Assembly (NCBI GenBank): GCA_028715175.1
Contig: JAQUSJ010000001.1
Location: forward strand, 472,368-536,367
Direction of reading: 5' to 3'
From: Candidatus Daviesbacteria bacterium
GTDB taxonomy: Bacteria; Patescibacteriota; Microgenomatia; Daviesbacterales; UBA10151
Length of the DNA stretch: 64,000 nt
The notes beneath the pieces were generated by a model, which saw nothing but the letters and a program-made list of their open reading frames with translations, searched no databases and was not told where the DNA came from. Shown piece by piece: positions 18,785 through 29,048 of this stretch; the stretch's first letter is position 1, and the number at the start of each line of letters is the position of its first letter. Both the position numbers and the translations under genes were made by a program.

Positions 18785-19393
18785 ATGCTGGAAATTGTGG
18801 CAGGGTGGATCATTGATGTTATCTCAACTCTCGGATATCCGGGCATTGTTATTACCATGGCTATTGAATCAGCTTTGATTCCGTTGCCTTCAGAAATTAT
18901 CATGCCATTTTCTGGCTATCTGGTATCTACAGGCAGGTTTGATCTTAACCTGGTGGCTTTGGCAGGAGCTTTCGGCAATGTTTTAGGGTCGTTAATTGCT
19001 TATGCTATCGGTTTTTATGGACATGAAAAATTAGTCAGAAGATTTATCAGAAAATTCGGCAAATGGATTTTAATTAGCGAAAAAGAGTTGGATGAAACCG
19101 AAGTTTTGCTTCATAGATTTAAGGATTTGGTAGTTTTGGGAAGCAGGGTGATACCGGGGATTAGGACAGTTATTTCCCTGCCTTGCGGGTTTGCAAAGCT
19201 GCCTTTGGGGAGGTTTATAGCATTAACTTTTATCGGGTCGCTTGTCTGGTCATATTTCCTGGCCTGGATTGGGTTTGTTTTAGGGCAAAACTGGAGAACA
19301 ATTGGCCCATATTTCCACAAAGCAGATGTAGTGATAGTGGTACTAATTATTGGAGTAGTTACCTTTTACATTTATCACAAAGTTAAAAAATAA
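18785..19393 (+). CDS. dedA: DedA family membrane protein
   Basis: ESALIPLPSEIIMPFSG, SRVIPGIRTVISLPCG. Confidence 0.95.
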   Translation: MLEIVAGWIIDVISTLGYPGIVITMAIESALIPLPSEIIMPFSGYLVSTGRFDLNLVALAGAFGNVLGSLIAYAIGFYGHEKLVRRFIRKFGKWILISEKELDETEVLLHRFKDLVVLGSRVIPGIRTVISLPCGFAKLPLGRFIALTFIGSLVWSYFLAWIGFVLGQNWRTIGPYFHKADVVIVVLIIGVVTFYIYHKVKK

Positions 19394-19421
19394 ATTCTCA
19401 AAGGTTTCTCAATCAGGGTAA

Positions 19422-20786
19422 TCAGGGGATTTCTTGATCTGAATCCCTCCTCTCTCGATTCTCCCTCTCTCGCAGTTCAAGTAACTCCTGCATCGCTTTA
19501 CGATTACTCTCTCGCATTCGATTTCTCCACGACGTCTTATTATGTGCAGTTTTTGTATTTTGTTTTGTACCCTCTCTATGGGCTTTGTAAAATGGATAGT
19601 CATTTTTTATATCTCCATCTCCTGCAGTTTTTGTTCCTGGTGCTTGCAAACTACTTAAGACATTGGCCAAAAAATCCGGATTACTAAAGGCATTATGAAG
19701 ATTAACTAAATCTGTGCTGCGTTGATGCTTTCCGTGACCTAAATATGGCCATGCATCAACCTCTTCCATATATCCTGTATGGAATTTAGTTACCTCTACC
19801 ACCACAGCTATTCTTGGTTTACTATCACCGGTTGTTTGCCTAACTGCTATTGTTAGATATAAATTATCTTTTGTCTCTTCTGGCGTAAAACATTTTCCCA
19901 ATCTCATGCTTTCGCTTTTTTGATCGCATTGCCTCGCAAATTCAGCAAGATCAAATCCTGCAAATTTTAACTCAATTTCCCCATTCTGCAATAATCTAAT
20001 ATCAACCGGAATCCAAGTTCCTTCGAGAGGGAAAACTGCTCTTCTAGTCTCCTCACCTGCCGCCATTTCATTGCGTACAGGGCGTACAGGATAAGTTTGA
20101 ATCCTATCCCGCAATTCATCAAGAACTGCTTGGGGAGTATCCACAGTCGTTTTTGGAGTTTCTTGAGTGTTTGTTTCCTTCATCAGGTCTGCTGGGTTGA
20201 CTAGTCTGCCATTACTGACTACCTCTCTCCATCTGGCCGGCAGACTGAGTGGTCCAATGTATAAGCACTTATTTTTTGGATCATCAACCATCAGTAGTAC
20301 ATCATTTGATCCTAGACGTATTGCATCTATAGGCGGTGAGTTACTAGTTCTAATGCTAATTCCTGGTGGATTTCTTAATTCTGACTCAGATATTCCAGGC
20401 AACAGAAATAGTTTATTGGAATCTTCTACTTCTTCTGGAATAGGTAAAATAACAGAACTATTCCAATTAGGCAATACTTGCCTTATATTTAAAAAAAGAC
20501 TTTTATTGGTATCCCAAACAGAGTGATATCTAACTTTGGCTATTACTAAGCCACTAACAGATTCTGGGCAATCAGTAACAATTATTACTGGTAAACCCCC
20601 TAATCCTTCCATTTTCTGTAAAGCTGGAGTTGTCTCAGTACCTTGTTCCATAACGACTGTGGGAAAAAGAATCTGTTTAGGATCGATGTTCTTCACAAAA
20701 GGCCTACCTCGGAGTACTGCAGCTTCTCCTCGTATTCTCCTTGTAACTATATCAAGCAGACTAGCGTTTGATGATGTTTCTACCAT
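19422..20786 (-). CDS. Orphan hypothetical protein
   Basis: 454-aa ORF with own promoter; charged C-terminus. Confidence 0.75.
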   Translation of the reverse strand: MVETSSNASLLDIVTRRIRGEAAVLRGRPFVKNIDPKQILFPTVVMEQGTETTPALQKMEGLGGLPVIIVTDCPESVSGLVIAKVRYHSVWDTNKSLFLNIRQVLPNWNSSVILPIPEEVEDSNKLFLLPGISESELRNPPGISIRTSNSPPIDAIRLGSNDVLLMVDDPKNKCLYIGPLSLPARWREVVSNGRLVNPADLMKETNTQETPKTTVDTPQAVLDELRDRIQTYPVRPVRNEMAAGEETRRAVFPLEGTWIPVDIRLLQNGEIELKFAGFDLAEFARQCDQKSESMRLGKCFTPEETKDNLYLTIAVRQTTGDSKPRIAVVVEVTKFHTGYMEEVDAWPYLGHGKHQRSTDLVNLHNAFSNPDFLANVLSSLQAPGTKTAGDGDIKNDYPFYKAHREGTKQNTKTAHNKTSWRNRMRESNRKAMQELLELRERENRERRDSDQEIP

Positions 20787-20839
20787 AATAATTTAAGATA
20801 AGATCGGATGATATCTTATAAGGTGAATTTAGTCAACAT

Positions 20840-20920
20840 TTCTACAAAGCAGATGCAGCAATAGTGATTTTAATAATCGGAGCAATCATTTTCTATATCT
20901 ACCACAAGATTAAAAACTAG
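20840..20920 (+). pseudogene. Displaced alternative 3' end of dedA
   Basis: FYKADAAIVILIIGAIIFYIYHKIKN* vs dedA FHKADVVIVVLIIGVVTFYIYHKVKK* (17/26 identical). Confidence 0.88.
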
Positions 20921-20976
20921 GGATAATCCACAGTTTCTACCATCAGTTTCTGTCACTACGTTCAGGATGACAGTCT

Positions 20977-21594
20977 TTAGTTAAATCTTCTAATCACTGC
21001 AGAGCATTTACCTTGGATTTTAACATCTGTTGCATAAATAGGAGCCATAGAAGAATTGGCCGGTTCCAAACGGATCCGGTCAGCTTCCTTAAAGAATCTT
21101 TTTAAAGTGGCCAGGCCATTATCTAACAGGGCTACCACAATATCCCCGTCTGTGGCTGTTGCTTGTTCTTCAATAATAACGTAATCCCCGTCCAAAATCC
21201 CATCTTCGATCATCGAATCACCTTTGACTTGCAAAACATACGAACGTTTTTTGCCTGAAACCATATTGGGAGCAACTTTAATAGTGGCATCGGGATCAGT
21301 ATAGGTCATAATAGGTTGACCCGCGGCAATAAATCCCAAAACCGGAAGTTCAATTCCTTTTAGAGCGGAAGAAATTTGCTGGTCCAAAACCTCAATTCCT
21401 CTGACAGCCCCTTCAAATTTTTTAATGACGCCTTTTAGAACCAGAGCTTGGAGGTGTTCGTGTATTGTAGCCAGGGAAGAAACGCCGATCGCCTCGGCAA
21501 TCTCACCCAAAGTCGGTGAATAACCGTATTTGTCTATATATTGTTTTATGAAATCTAAAATTTGCTTTTGTCGGCGGTATAAAGTTATCGGCAT
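20977..21594 (-). CDS. lexA: LexA repressor
   Basis: RQKQILDFI...GYSPTLGEI, IAAG, VKGDSM, ATLKRF. Confidence 0.97.
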   Translation of the reverse strand: MPITLYRRQKQILDFIKQYIDKYGYSPTLGEIAEAIGVSSLATIHEHLQALVLKGVIKKFEGAVRGIEVLDQQISSALKGIELPVLGFIAAGQPIMTYTDPDATIKVAPNMVSGKKRSYVLQVKGDSMIEDGILDGDYVIIEEQATATDGDIVVALLDNGLATLKRFFKEADRIRLEPANSSMAPIYATDVKIQGKCSAVIRRFN

Positions 21595-21609
21595 AGTATT
21601 TCTACATTA

Positions 21610-21625
21610 CCAAAGATTACCCGAA
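21610..21625 (-). promoter_or_regulatory. Putative LexA box (direct-repeat type)
   Basis: TTCGG-GTAATC-TTTGG between -35 TTGACA and -10 of lexA. Confidence 0.7.
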
Positions 21626-21683
21626 CTTGTCAACTAGGTTAAACTGTATCAGTTTAAGGTATTGAAATTTAAAGACTCATAGT

Positions 21684-22310
21684 TTGTATTTAGAGCTTAT
21701 TTTTGGTATGATCGCATTGCTAACTTTTCTAATGAAGGTTCATAAGCCTCAAAGTAGTCAAGAGAAAAATGACTATTCTTCGAAAGAAGAAATGAGCCAC
21801 TTGGTTGCTTTAGCAAAAGCTGGAGATGTACAGGCTTTTGGCAAAGTTTATGACCGGTTAGTAAAAAGGGTCTATCGTTTTGTTCAGTTTAGGGTAGGCA
21901 TAAGGGAAGAGGTAGAGGATTTAACCGAAGAGATTTTTTTAAAAGCCTATGAGAAACTTGAAAGTTTTGATGAAAGCAAGCATGTTCCTTTTGAAGCTTG
22001 GCTCTTCAGAATTGCCAGGAATCATATAATCGATTACTATCGGACTGAAAAAAAGAGATTAATGATTGATCAGCGGGAAATCGCAGATGATTGTATTTCT
22101 ACCGAGGAGGCACTAGAAAAACAACTTTTGTTAAAGGATGTGATGGAAGCCTTAAAGAAACTACCTTTAAGCTATCAGGAAATTGTGATTTTGAAATTTA
22201 TAGAGGATCGGGACAATAAAGATATTGCCCATATTTTAAATAAACGTTGTGATCAGGTAAGAGTCTTGCAAAGCAGGGCCCTTAAAGCCTTAAAAAAGAT
22301 ATTAAAATGA
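21684..22310 (+). CDS. ECF sigma factor
   Basis: AKAGDVQAF, VEDLTEEIF, FEAWLFRIARNHIIDYYR, region 4; true start may be 21732. Confidence 0.93.
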   Translation: MYLELIFGMIALLTFLMKVHKPQSSQEKNDYSSKEEMSHLVALAKAGDVQAFGKVYDRLVKRVYRFVQFRVGIREEVEDLTEEIFLKAYEKLESFDESKHVPFEAWLFRIARNHIIDYYRTEKKRLMIDQREIADDCISTEEALEKQLLLKDVMEALKKLPLSYQEIVILKFIEDRDNKDIAHILNKRCDQVRVLQSRALKALKKILK

Positions 22311-23071
22311 AAAGAAAAATAACTAATAAAAATTTAATAGTTTTGCTGGGTTTACTGCGCCGTTTTAATAAAGATCCGGAACCACGTTTCTGCCGGCAGG
22401 CGAGAGAAAGATTGTTGGAGAAGATCTCTCCGCGTAAAAGGTTTTGGCTTTTGCCATCCATAAACTCTCATCCTTTAATATGGAGGCGGTTAACTGCTGC
22501 ATCTTTTAAATATGGTTTGAGTATATTTTTATGTTTTGTGTTGCTGGGAGCAAGCACAGCTTTAGCTGCCCAATCCAGCTTACCCGCTTCACCGCTTTAT
22601 CCTATTAAAAAAGCTACAGAACAGGTTTTTTTAACTGTTAGTAAAGTGTTTTCACAACAAACCCAAATAGAGCAAAAAATTACTAATGAGCGTTTTAAAG
22701 AAGTTCAGAAATTAGAAGAACTGATAGAAGAGACTGCTAAGGAATATCACAACAATGTAGAAAAGTTTGAGAGAATAGATCCACAGTTTAAGAAAGAAGC
22801 CCGTGAGCAGGTTGTCCGACAAAAGGCAATTTTGGAAAAGAATAGCGCTAAAAAAGAAGAGCAAAATGAAACTAAACTGAATAACCAGGATAATATTTTA
22901 AACAACGCAACGGAGGTTCAACCAGTCAAAGAAGAAAGAGTAGTAACTAAGGAAAAAGAAGCACCTGTCTCGAATGATACTAAACAACAAAAAAATAGTG
23001 AAGAAAAGAAACAGGATAATCCTCAGCCGCAAAAGAATGAAGATAAATCTTCTAAAGATCATAAAAAATAA
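22307..23071 (+). CDS. Putative anti-sigma factor (DUF5667-like)
   Basis: Coupled to the ECF gene; one TM helix followed by AQSSLPASPLYPIKKATE. Confidence 0.75.
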   Translation: MKRKITNKNLIVLLGLLRRFNKDPEPRFCRQARERLLEKISPRKRFWLLPSINSHPLIWRRLTAASFKYGLSIFLCFVLLGASTALAAQSSLPASPLYPIKKATEQVFLTVSKVFSQQTQIEQKITNERFKEVQKLEELIEETAKEYHNNVEKFERIDPQFKKEAREQVVRQKAILEKNSAKKEEQNETKLNNQDNILNNATEVQPVKEERVVTKEKEAPVSNDTKQQKNSEEKKQDNPQPQKNEDKSSKDHKK

Positions 23072-23089
23072 GCCTCTTTTTTAAAAAAG

Positions 23090-23115
23090 TGTAACGTTTT
23101 TTAACTTTCATCGTA
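23090..23115 (+). promoter_or_regulatory. ECF-type promoter
   Basis: TGTAAC-N16-CGTA upstream of the adhesin gene. Confidence 0.65.
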
Positions 23116-23140
23116 TTAACAAGAAAGACTGACTATTCTT

Positions 23141-26100
23141 GTGATTAAAAAGTTAAAAAGCGCAAGCCAAGCTTTATTTAAAACTATTTGTTTTTTTACA
23201 ACACTTCTTATTATCTTTCAACCTGCGATGGTTTACCCTCTTTTGGCTCAGGAAGCTACTTTATCTGCAGAGTCTGTGGTTTCTGAAACTCCTAATCCTA
23301 CGCCTGCCCCTACTGATCAGCCGGCAGAAACTCCAACTCCGCAGCCAAGTGAGCCGACAATCACCCCTGAACCATCTCCTTCCGTTACCCCGATACTGGA
23401 ACCAATACCTTCCCCGACTGTTGAACCAACTATAACTTCGGAGGCTTCACCTGTGCTGACTCCCTCACCAAGTCCTTCGATTGAATCTTTACCAACCGAT
23501 CAAGTTGAAAGTAGTAGTACATCTGAACCAACTGTAGGACAACCCAACGCTCCGCCTGAAATTCCGGTTCCTTCTGATGCTCCAACACCCAGCCCCAGTC
23601 CAACCATAACTCCAGTTCCAAACATTCAGGGGCACCTGGCAGCAACAATTGTAGAAAGTTCCGCGCTAAATTCTCTAAACCTAGATCTTAACCCGGCAAA
23701 TACCAATACCAGTGCCAGTTTAACAACCGACAAGCCTGATTATGCCCCTACCGAGATGGTAATTATTTCCGGGACTGATTTTTTGCCGAACACAACTTAT
23801 ACGCTAAGGATTGCTTCTTCAGATCCGCCTCCGGTTGACTTCCAGGCTGAAGTTACCACTAATGATAAAGGTACATTTATATATAGTTATCAATTAGATG
23901 GTAATTACAGGCCAAATTATTTAGTAGAAGCCAAAGATTCCAGTGGAAATATTGTTGCAACAGTCACATTTACTGACTCTCCGGCGCCAAGCAACACAAA
24001 ATTATATCAATGGGAAACCATACCATCAGGAAATTGGATAACAGGTGCTCTAAATTCAAGTAATTCAAATTATTTAGAAGGTGAAACCGTTCCTTTTGAG
24101 CTAGACCTAGGAAAAATTTCAACATCAGGAAATCCCTATACTTTTTCTATCTGTAGAGATTATCAGAGCGGATCGCACTTTGGATATATCTCTTTGCAAC
24201 TGTTCAATACTAGCAGAGCTGCTGTTCCAGATGGTGCAATATCTACTACAAATAACCCGTTTAGCGGATCAAATATCTCAAGTATTAATTTTACAGAGGT
24301 TGGCGGGCAAGGCGCTTGTAGTTCTGGACAAAGAGAAACACAGCTATCGATTAATGTTACAAGCGAAAGCGTAAACACATACCTTTTATGGGGAGGAAGA
24401 TTAGCATCCCCATCAGACTTGGGTGTTGGAGCAGGTAACGGTTCTTCTTCCTATCCAGGCGGAAGTCTTCATATGCATTTATTATCCCCGAACAAAGATG
24501 TTGGAATACAAACAAATGCAATCATACAACTTGCCCAAATAACTGTTACAAAAGTAGTTGATAGCGGTTCTGCAAATACTAACCAATGGTGTTTTAACAT
24601 TTCTCCTGATCCAAACGGACAATCGGGCACTATATGTGGGCCTTCCGGTATTTTTACAGGATTACCAACAGGCAGTTATACCATTACCGAGAGTTCTGTA
24701 AGTGGATATTCATTTGCTTCAGGGATAGGAACGAATTGTACTTTTTCCGGTTCTACTGCCACTGCTAGTGTTACTGCTGCCACAACTGCTGTGAATGCCT
24801 CATGTACTTTTCATAACACCTTAAGTCAAGGAACGTTAAGAGTTATTAAGTCTGTCACTAATAATAGTGGAGGTACAGCTGTTCCTGGTAATTTCAACCT
24901 TCATGTTAAAAGTGGGGGTGTTGATGTTTCCGGCAGTCCTGCGGCAGGGTCAGTAACCGGTACAGTTTATACTTTGCCTGTTGGTACTTATGCGGTTAGT
25001 GAAGACGCGCCGCCTGCCGGTTATACTCAAACAGGCTTTAGCGGTGATTGTGATAGTCAAGGTTCGATAACGGTTGTTGCAGGTGTTGAAAAAACCTGCA
25101 CAATTACTAATGATGATCAGCAGGGAACATTAATTGTCAAAAAAATAATAGTTAACGATAATGGTGGAGTTAAAACTGCTTCGGACTTTTCTTTCTCAGT
25201 TAATAGTGCAACCGCTGTCAACTTTGAAGCCGATGGTCAGAATGATTTGACTGTAAATGCCGGAACTTACAACATAGTTGAACCAGCTGTTTCCGGCTAC
25301 GATACAACCTACGATAATTGCTCAAATGTCCAAATCCCTAATGGTGGTTCTGCCACTTGTACGATCACTAATAATGACAAAGTCGCGCATTTGGTAGTTA
25401 TTAAGCATGTTGTTAATAATAACGGTGGGACTGCTTCAGCTTCCGCATTCACGATGACAATTAATAATGTAGTTACATCAGGTGGTAATTCATTTGCCGG
25501 CAATGAGGGTGGAGTTAATAAGACTTTGACCAGCGTAGGTTTCTACAGCGTGATTGAAACAGGTCTTTCCGGTTATGCGCAGTCCGATTCCGCAGATTGT
25601 TCTGGTACTATTGCTTTGGGTGAAACTAAGACTTGCACAATCACCAATGATGATATTGCTCCCTCCTTGACCTTGAACAAAATCACTAACTACACCCACG
25701 GTGGCACGGCTCCTGAGTCTTCTTGGACTTTAACTGCTAGCGGTCCAACATCAATTTCAGGTCCTGGTGCAGCAGGTTCCGCCGACGTAGTTAGCGACGG
25801 AACTTTCTCTGCCGGTACTTATACCTTATCTGAAAGTACAGCCCCAACCGGCTACACCAACGGTACCTCATACAGTTGTGTGAAGAATGAAAGCGCACCG
25901 GTCTCTGGTAACAGCATAATACTCGCTATCGGTGACACCGCGGTTTGCTCCATCACCAACACTGACGTGCAGGCGAAATTGACTGTTACAAAGATCGTTA
26001 ACAATCACGGCGGCAGCAAAGTAATCTCTGATTTTCCGCTCTTTGTCGGGGCGACCGGTGTGACAAGTGGTGTGCAAAATGGATTCGATGCTGGTTCGTA

Positions 26101-28063
26101 TACCGTTTCTGAAACCGGCGACTCGAACTATACAGAAACGATCACAGGAGACTGTGCAGCAAATGGCAATGTGATGCTCGCCGTCGGCGATGTGAAATCC
26201 TGCACCATTACAAATGAAGAGAAGCCGGCCAAGTTGGTCGTAACCAAAGTTGTTGTAAATGATAATGGTGGTACTGCATCCGAGTCTGCCTTTCCGCTTT
26301 TTGTTGATCAGACCGGCGTAACTTCCGGTGCGATGAATACATTTAATTCCGGTTCGTATATTGTCTCTGAGACTAATCAGCCTGGTTACTCTGGTACGGT
26401 TAGTGGGGACTGCGATGCAAACGGGAATGTGATCCTGGTTCCAGGACAAACAAAATCTTGTACAATTACAAATGATGACCAGCCTGGAAGAATTAGCGGA
26501 AAGAAATTTAACGATATAGATGGTGATCATTTGTATACTGATGGTACGACAGATCCAAATTTATCAGGTTGGACTATCACACTAGATAAGCAGAACGACA
26601 TTAATCCCCCTGTTTGTACGAGTGGAACCATAGTTGGTGAACTTTGTGTCGAAATGACTAATTCTTTCGGTAATTATGCTTTTTATGGTCTTGAACCCGG
26701 GACTTATATTGTCAGCGAAGTTTTGCAAAATGGATGGTTCCAGACTAGACCTGAGGCTAATGGAACATATATTCTAACAATTGGATTGGGTGATGATATA
26801 GATGGCCGTGATTTTGGTAATCAAGGTAGAGGAACAATTAAAATTAATAAGATAGTTAATCCAGCTGATGATTCTCAGTGGGATTTTAGGGTAACAGGAA
26901 GTGTGGGAGGATATGATCAAAGCAGGACTTTAGGAAATGGAGGGACCAGTACTTTAACAAATGTTCCTGCTGCTAATTACACCATAACTGAGGTTACCAG
27001 TTCCGCTTACACTACTACGATTGATTGTGGAAGCAACGGCAGTGTTACAAATAATGCAATAGATTTCACTGTTGATCCTGGTGAGAATGTTGAGTGTACT
27101 TTTACCAACACCAGAAATACTGGCGTAATTATAGTTCATAAAGCTGTTGATCAAGGAAATGGTTACCAGGAAGATGATGTTGAAGCAAATAGGCTAGGTT
27201 TTAGATGGATTCTTGATGGAGGCAGTGAATATGAAATGGGTGCAAGCGCCAGTGCTGCCACATCTGATAATCATGATATTAATGAAAATTCTATCCCGGG
27301 TTATCAATTCACCGGCTGGTATGAGACCGGGAACGAACAATTCAGTTGTGCTGAACCCGAATCAACCAGTTTGCCGGTTTCTCTGACAGTGACAAAGAAT
27401 CAGACCAGGGGCATAACTTTGTGCAACCAGCTGAAAAATCCAGTTTTGACCATTACTAAATCCAATGATAAAACCGGAGTTGATTTAACAGCCGGCAGCA
27501 GTGTTTTATATACCATTACTGTTGAAGCCACGCAGGCTGCTGCTTCAAATGTGGTAGTTAAAGATTTATTGCCTGATGGGTTTAAATACAGGGGTGGTTC
27601 CTGGGCTGTAAATTCCAGTACCAGAGGGAATATCACCAGTTTAATTATTGAGCCAGTTTATGCCTCTCCGGGCACCTGGAGTTTGGGTGACATGGCTAAA
27701 GACGAAAAAATAACTCTTACTTTGACAGCAGATATTGATGGTTCCAAGCAGCCCGGTCTTTATAAAGATTTGGCTTGGGCCAAGGGAGAATCCTTTGCCT
27801 CAACTCAAGTTTTGGCTAATGCGGAGGATCCCGGCTTTGTGGATAGTAACTTTGTGGGTACAGAGGTTAATATTGTTAAAAACCCGGACGGAACAGCTGC
27901 CAATATTGAAAATGAAGAATTAAGGGGTGAGGTGTTGGGCGCCTCAATAGCCTTGCCGTCAACCGGAGCCAATGCTTTATGGATAATTCTGGCTATTCTG
28001 CTTTTGGTAGGCGGTAGCGGATCTATTGTCCTGGGGCGAACTTTAAGGAGGGAAAATGGTTAA
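23141..28063 (+). CDS. Large repetitive LPxTG surface protein (Ig/prealbumin-like repeats, SdrD-B-like and DUF11-like domains)
   Basis: Signal peptide, Pro/Thr/Ser stalk, about 10 repeats of type LxVxKxVxNxNGG...YxVxE...GDC...CTITNDD, LPSTG + TM + basic tail. Confidence 0.88.
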   Translation: MIKKLKSASQALFKTICFFTTLLIIFQPAMVYPLLAQEATLSAESVVSETPNPTPAPTDQPAETPTPQPSEPTITPEPSPSVTPILEPIPSPTVEPTITSEASPVLTPSPSPSIESLPTDQVESSSTSEPTVGQPNAPPEIPVPSDAPTPSPSPTITPVPNIQGHLAATIVESSALNSLNLDLNPANTNTSASLTTDKPDYAPTEMVIISGTDFLPNTTYTLRIASSDPPPVDFQAEVTTNDKGTFIYSYQLDGNYRPNYLVEAKDSSGNIVATVTFTDSPAPSNTKLYQWETIPSGNWITGALNSSNSNYLEGETVPFELDLGKISTSGNPYTFSICRDYQSGSHFGYISLQLFNTSRAAVPDGAISTTNNPFSGSNISSINFTEVGGQGACSSGQRETQLSINVTSESVNTYLLWGGRLASPSDLGVGAGNGSSSYPGGSLHMHLLSPNKDVGIQTNAIIQLAQITVTKVVDSGSANTNQWCFNISPDPNGQSGTICGPSGIFTGLPTGSYTITESSVSGYSFASGIGTNCTFSGSTATASVTAATTAVNASCTFHNTLSQGTLRVIKSVTNNSGGTAVPGNFNLHVKSGGVDVSGSPAAGSVTGTVYTLPVGTYAVSEDAPPAGYTQTGFSGDCDSQGSITVVAGVEKTCTITNDDQQGTLIVKKIIVNDNGGVKTASDFSFSVNSATAVNFEADGQNDLTVNAGTYNIVEPAVSGYDTTYDNCSNVQIPNGGSATCTITNNDKVAHLVVIKHVVNNNGGTASASAFTMTINNVVTSGGNSFAGNEGGVNKTLTSVGFYSVIETGLSGYAQSDSADCSGTIALGETKTCTITNDDIAPSLTLNKITNYTHGGTAPESSWTLTASGPTSISGPGAAGSADVVSDGTFSAGTYTLSESTAPTGYTNGTSYSCVKNESAPVSGNSIILAIGDTAVCSITNTDVQAKLTVTKIVNNHGGSKVISDFPLFVGATGVTSGVQNGFDAGSYTVSETGDSNYTETITGDCAANGNVMLAVGDVKSCTITNEEKPAKLVVTKVVVNDNGGTASESAFPLFVDQTGVTSGAMNTFNSGSYIVSETNQPGYSGTVSGDCDANGNVILVPGQTKSCTITNDDQPGRISGKKFNDIDGDHLYTDGTTDPNLSGWTITLDKQNDINPPVCTSGTIVGELCVEMTNSFGNYAFYGLEPGTYIVSEVLQNGWFQTRPEANGTYILTIGLGDDIDGRDFGNQGRGTIKINKIVNPADDSQWDFRVTGSVGGYDQSRTLGNGGTSTLTNVPAANYTITEVTSSAYTTTIDCGSNGSVTNNAIDFTVDPGENVECTFTNTRNTGVIIVHKAVDQGNGYQEDDVEANRLGFRWILDGGSEYEMGASASAATSDNHDINENSIPGYQFTGWYETGNEQFSCAEPESTSLPVSLTVTKNQTRGITLCNQLKNPVLTITKSNDKTGVDLTAGSSVLYTITVEATQAAASNVVVKDLLPDGFKYRGGSWAVNSSTRGNITSLIIEPVYASPGTWSLGDMAKDEKITLTLTADIDGSKQPGLYKDLAWAKGESFASTQVLANAEDPGFVDSNFVGTEVNIVKNPDGTAANIENEELRGEVLGASIALPSTGANALWIILAILLLVGGSGSIVLGRTLRRENG

Positions 28064-29039
28064 AACTCTGTTTGCGACAGCTACTATGTTTATTTTGACT
28101 CTCTTGCTGACAACCGTTGTTTATGCTGCCAATTTATCTGTGAGAATTGAGGTTCCCAAAACACCTACTAACCAGAACGCTTTTAAAATAAATTTTGTTA
28201 CCATGGATATCTTGGGAAGATCCGTGGATGTTCAATGCTTTAAAAAAGGACCCGGGGATTCTTCATCTTCCCAATTTGGATCTACTCTTAATTTATCCGC
28301 CGGAGGGAACAGTGGAAATTGTGAAGTGACGTCGTCTATTGTCTCTGCCGAGGGAACTTACGAATTTTATGTGATAGCTACAGCAGGTTCAGATACGGCA
28401 ACCAGTTCTACTGTCAATGTGGAATATAAAACTTCTGCTCCCTCTACCCCCGGAAATTATAACAAGGAACTTCTTGGCAGTTGCCAATATAAAATAACTT
28501 TTAAAACTGCTGATGACGGAGGCAGAACCTCTAGGGTAGAAGTTTACAGGTCAGATCAGACCAGTTTTACAGCTGACAGCGGTACCAGGGTAGGGACAGT
28601 TTGGATTGGTTCTAATTTAGAGGGCAGTTTTATTGATAATGTGCCTGATTGTGGTAAAGGCTATTATTATGTTATCCGGGCCTTTGACGGGGCAGGAAAC
28701 GGTTCCGGTATTGCAGGCGATAGTGTGACCAAAGTTACTATAACTTCCACTACTACAACGACGACGCAAACTTCTCCTGCACCTACCGCAGCAGCAGGAG
28801 CTATTCTTGCTGTTACTTCTCAAGTTGGACAGGGAGATATTCTGGGAGTTAACGGAGAAGAGGCAACTTCAGAAGGAGATATTTTAGGAGAAGGAACGCC
28901 TTCTTCAGAGGAAGCCGGACCATCTGAAACCGTAACCCCGGAGAAGAAACTACTTACACCTAAAAACATTTTTCTTGCAACTCTTGTCCTGATTATTTTA
29001 GGTGGTGGCTATTATTACTACAGATCCAGACAAAAATAA
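28056..29039 (+). CDS. Secreted beta-rich (Fn3-like) protein with C-terminal TM anchor
   Basis: Signal peptide, YYYVIRAFDGAGN, Thr-rich linker, GDILG x2, TM, RSRQK. Confidence 0.8.
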   Translation: MVKTLFATATMFILTLLLTTVVYAANLSVRIEVPKTPTNQNAFKINFVTMDILGRSVDVQCFKKGPGDSSSSQFGSTLNLSAGGNSGNCEVTSSIVSAEGTYEFYVIATAGSDTATSSTVNVEYKTSAPSTPGNYNKELLGSCQYKITFKTADDGGRTSRVEVYRSDQTSFTADSGTRVGTVWIGSNLEGSFIDNVPDCGKGYYYVIRAFDGAGNGSGIAGDSVTKVTITSTTTTTTQTSPAPTAAAGAILAVTSQVGQGDILGVNGEEATSEGDILGEGTPSSEEAGPSETVTPEKKLLTPKNIFLATLVLIILGGGYYYYRSRQK

Positions 29040-29048
29040 TTTTCCCGA

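Noticed and set aside
25868-26530. 220-aa antisense ORF and the many other 60-140 aa overlapping ORFs in the track
   Set aside because: They are shadows of well-supported genes on the opposite strand or frame and have no motifs.
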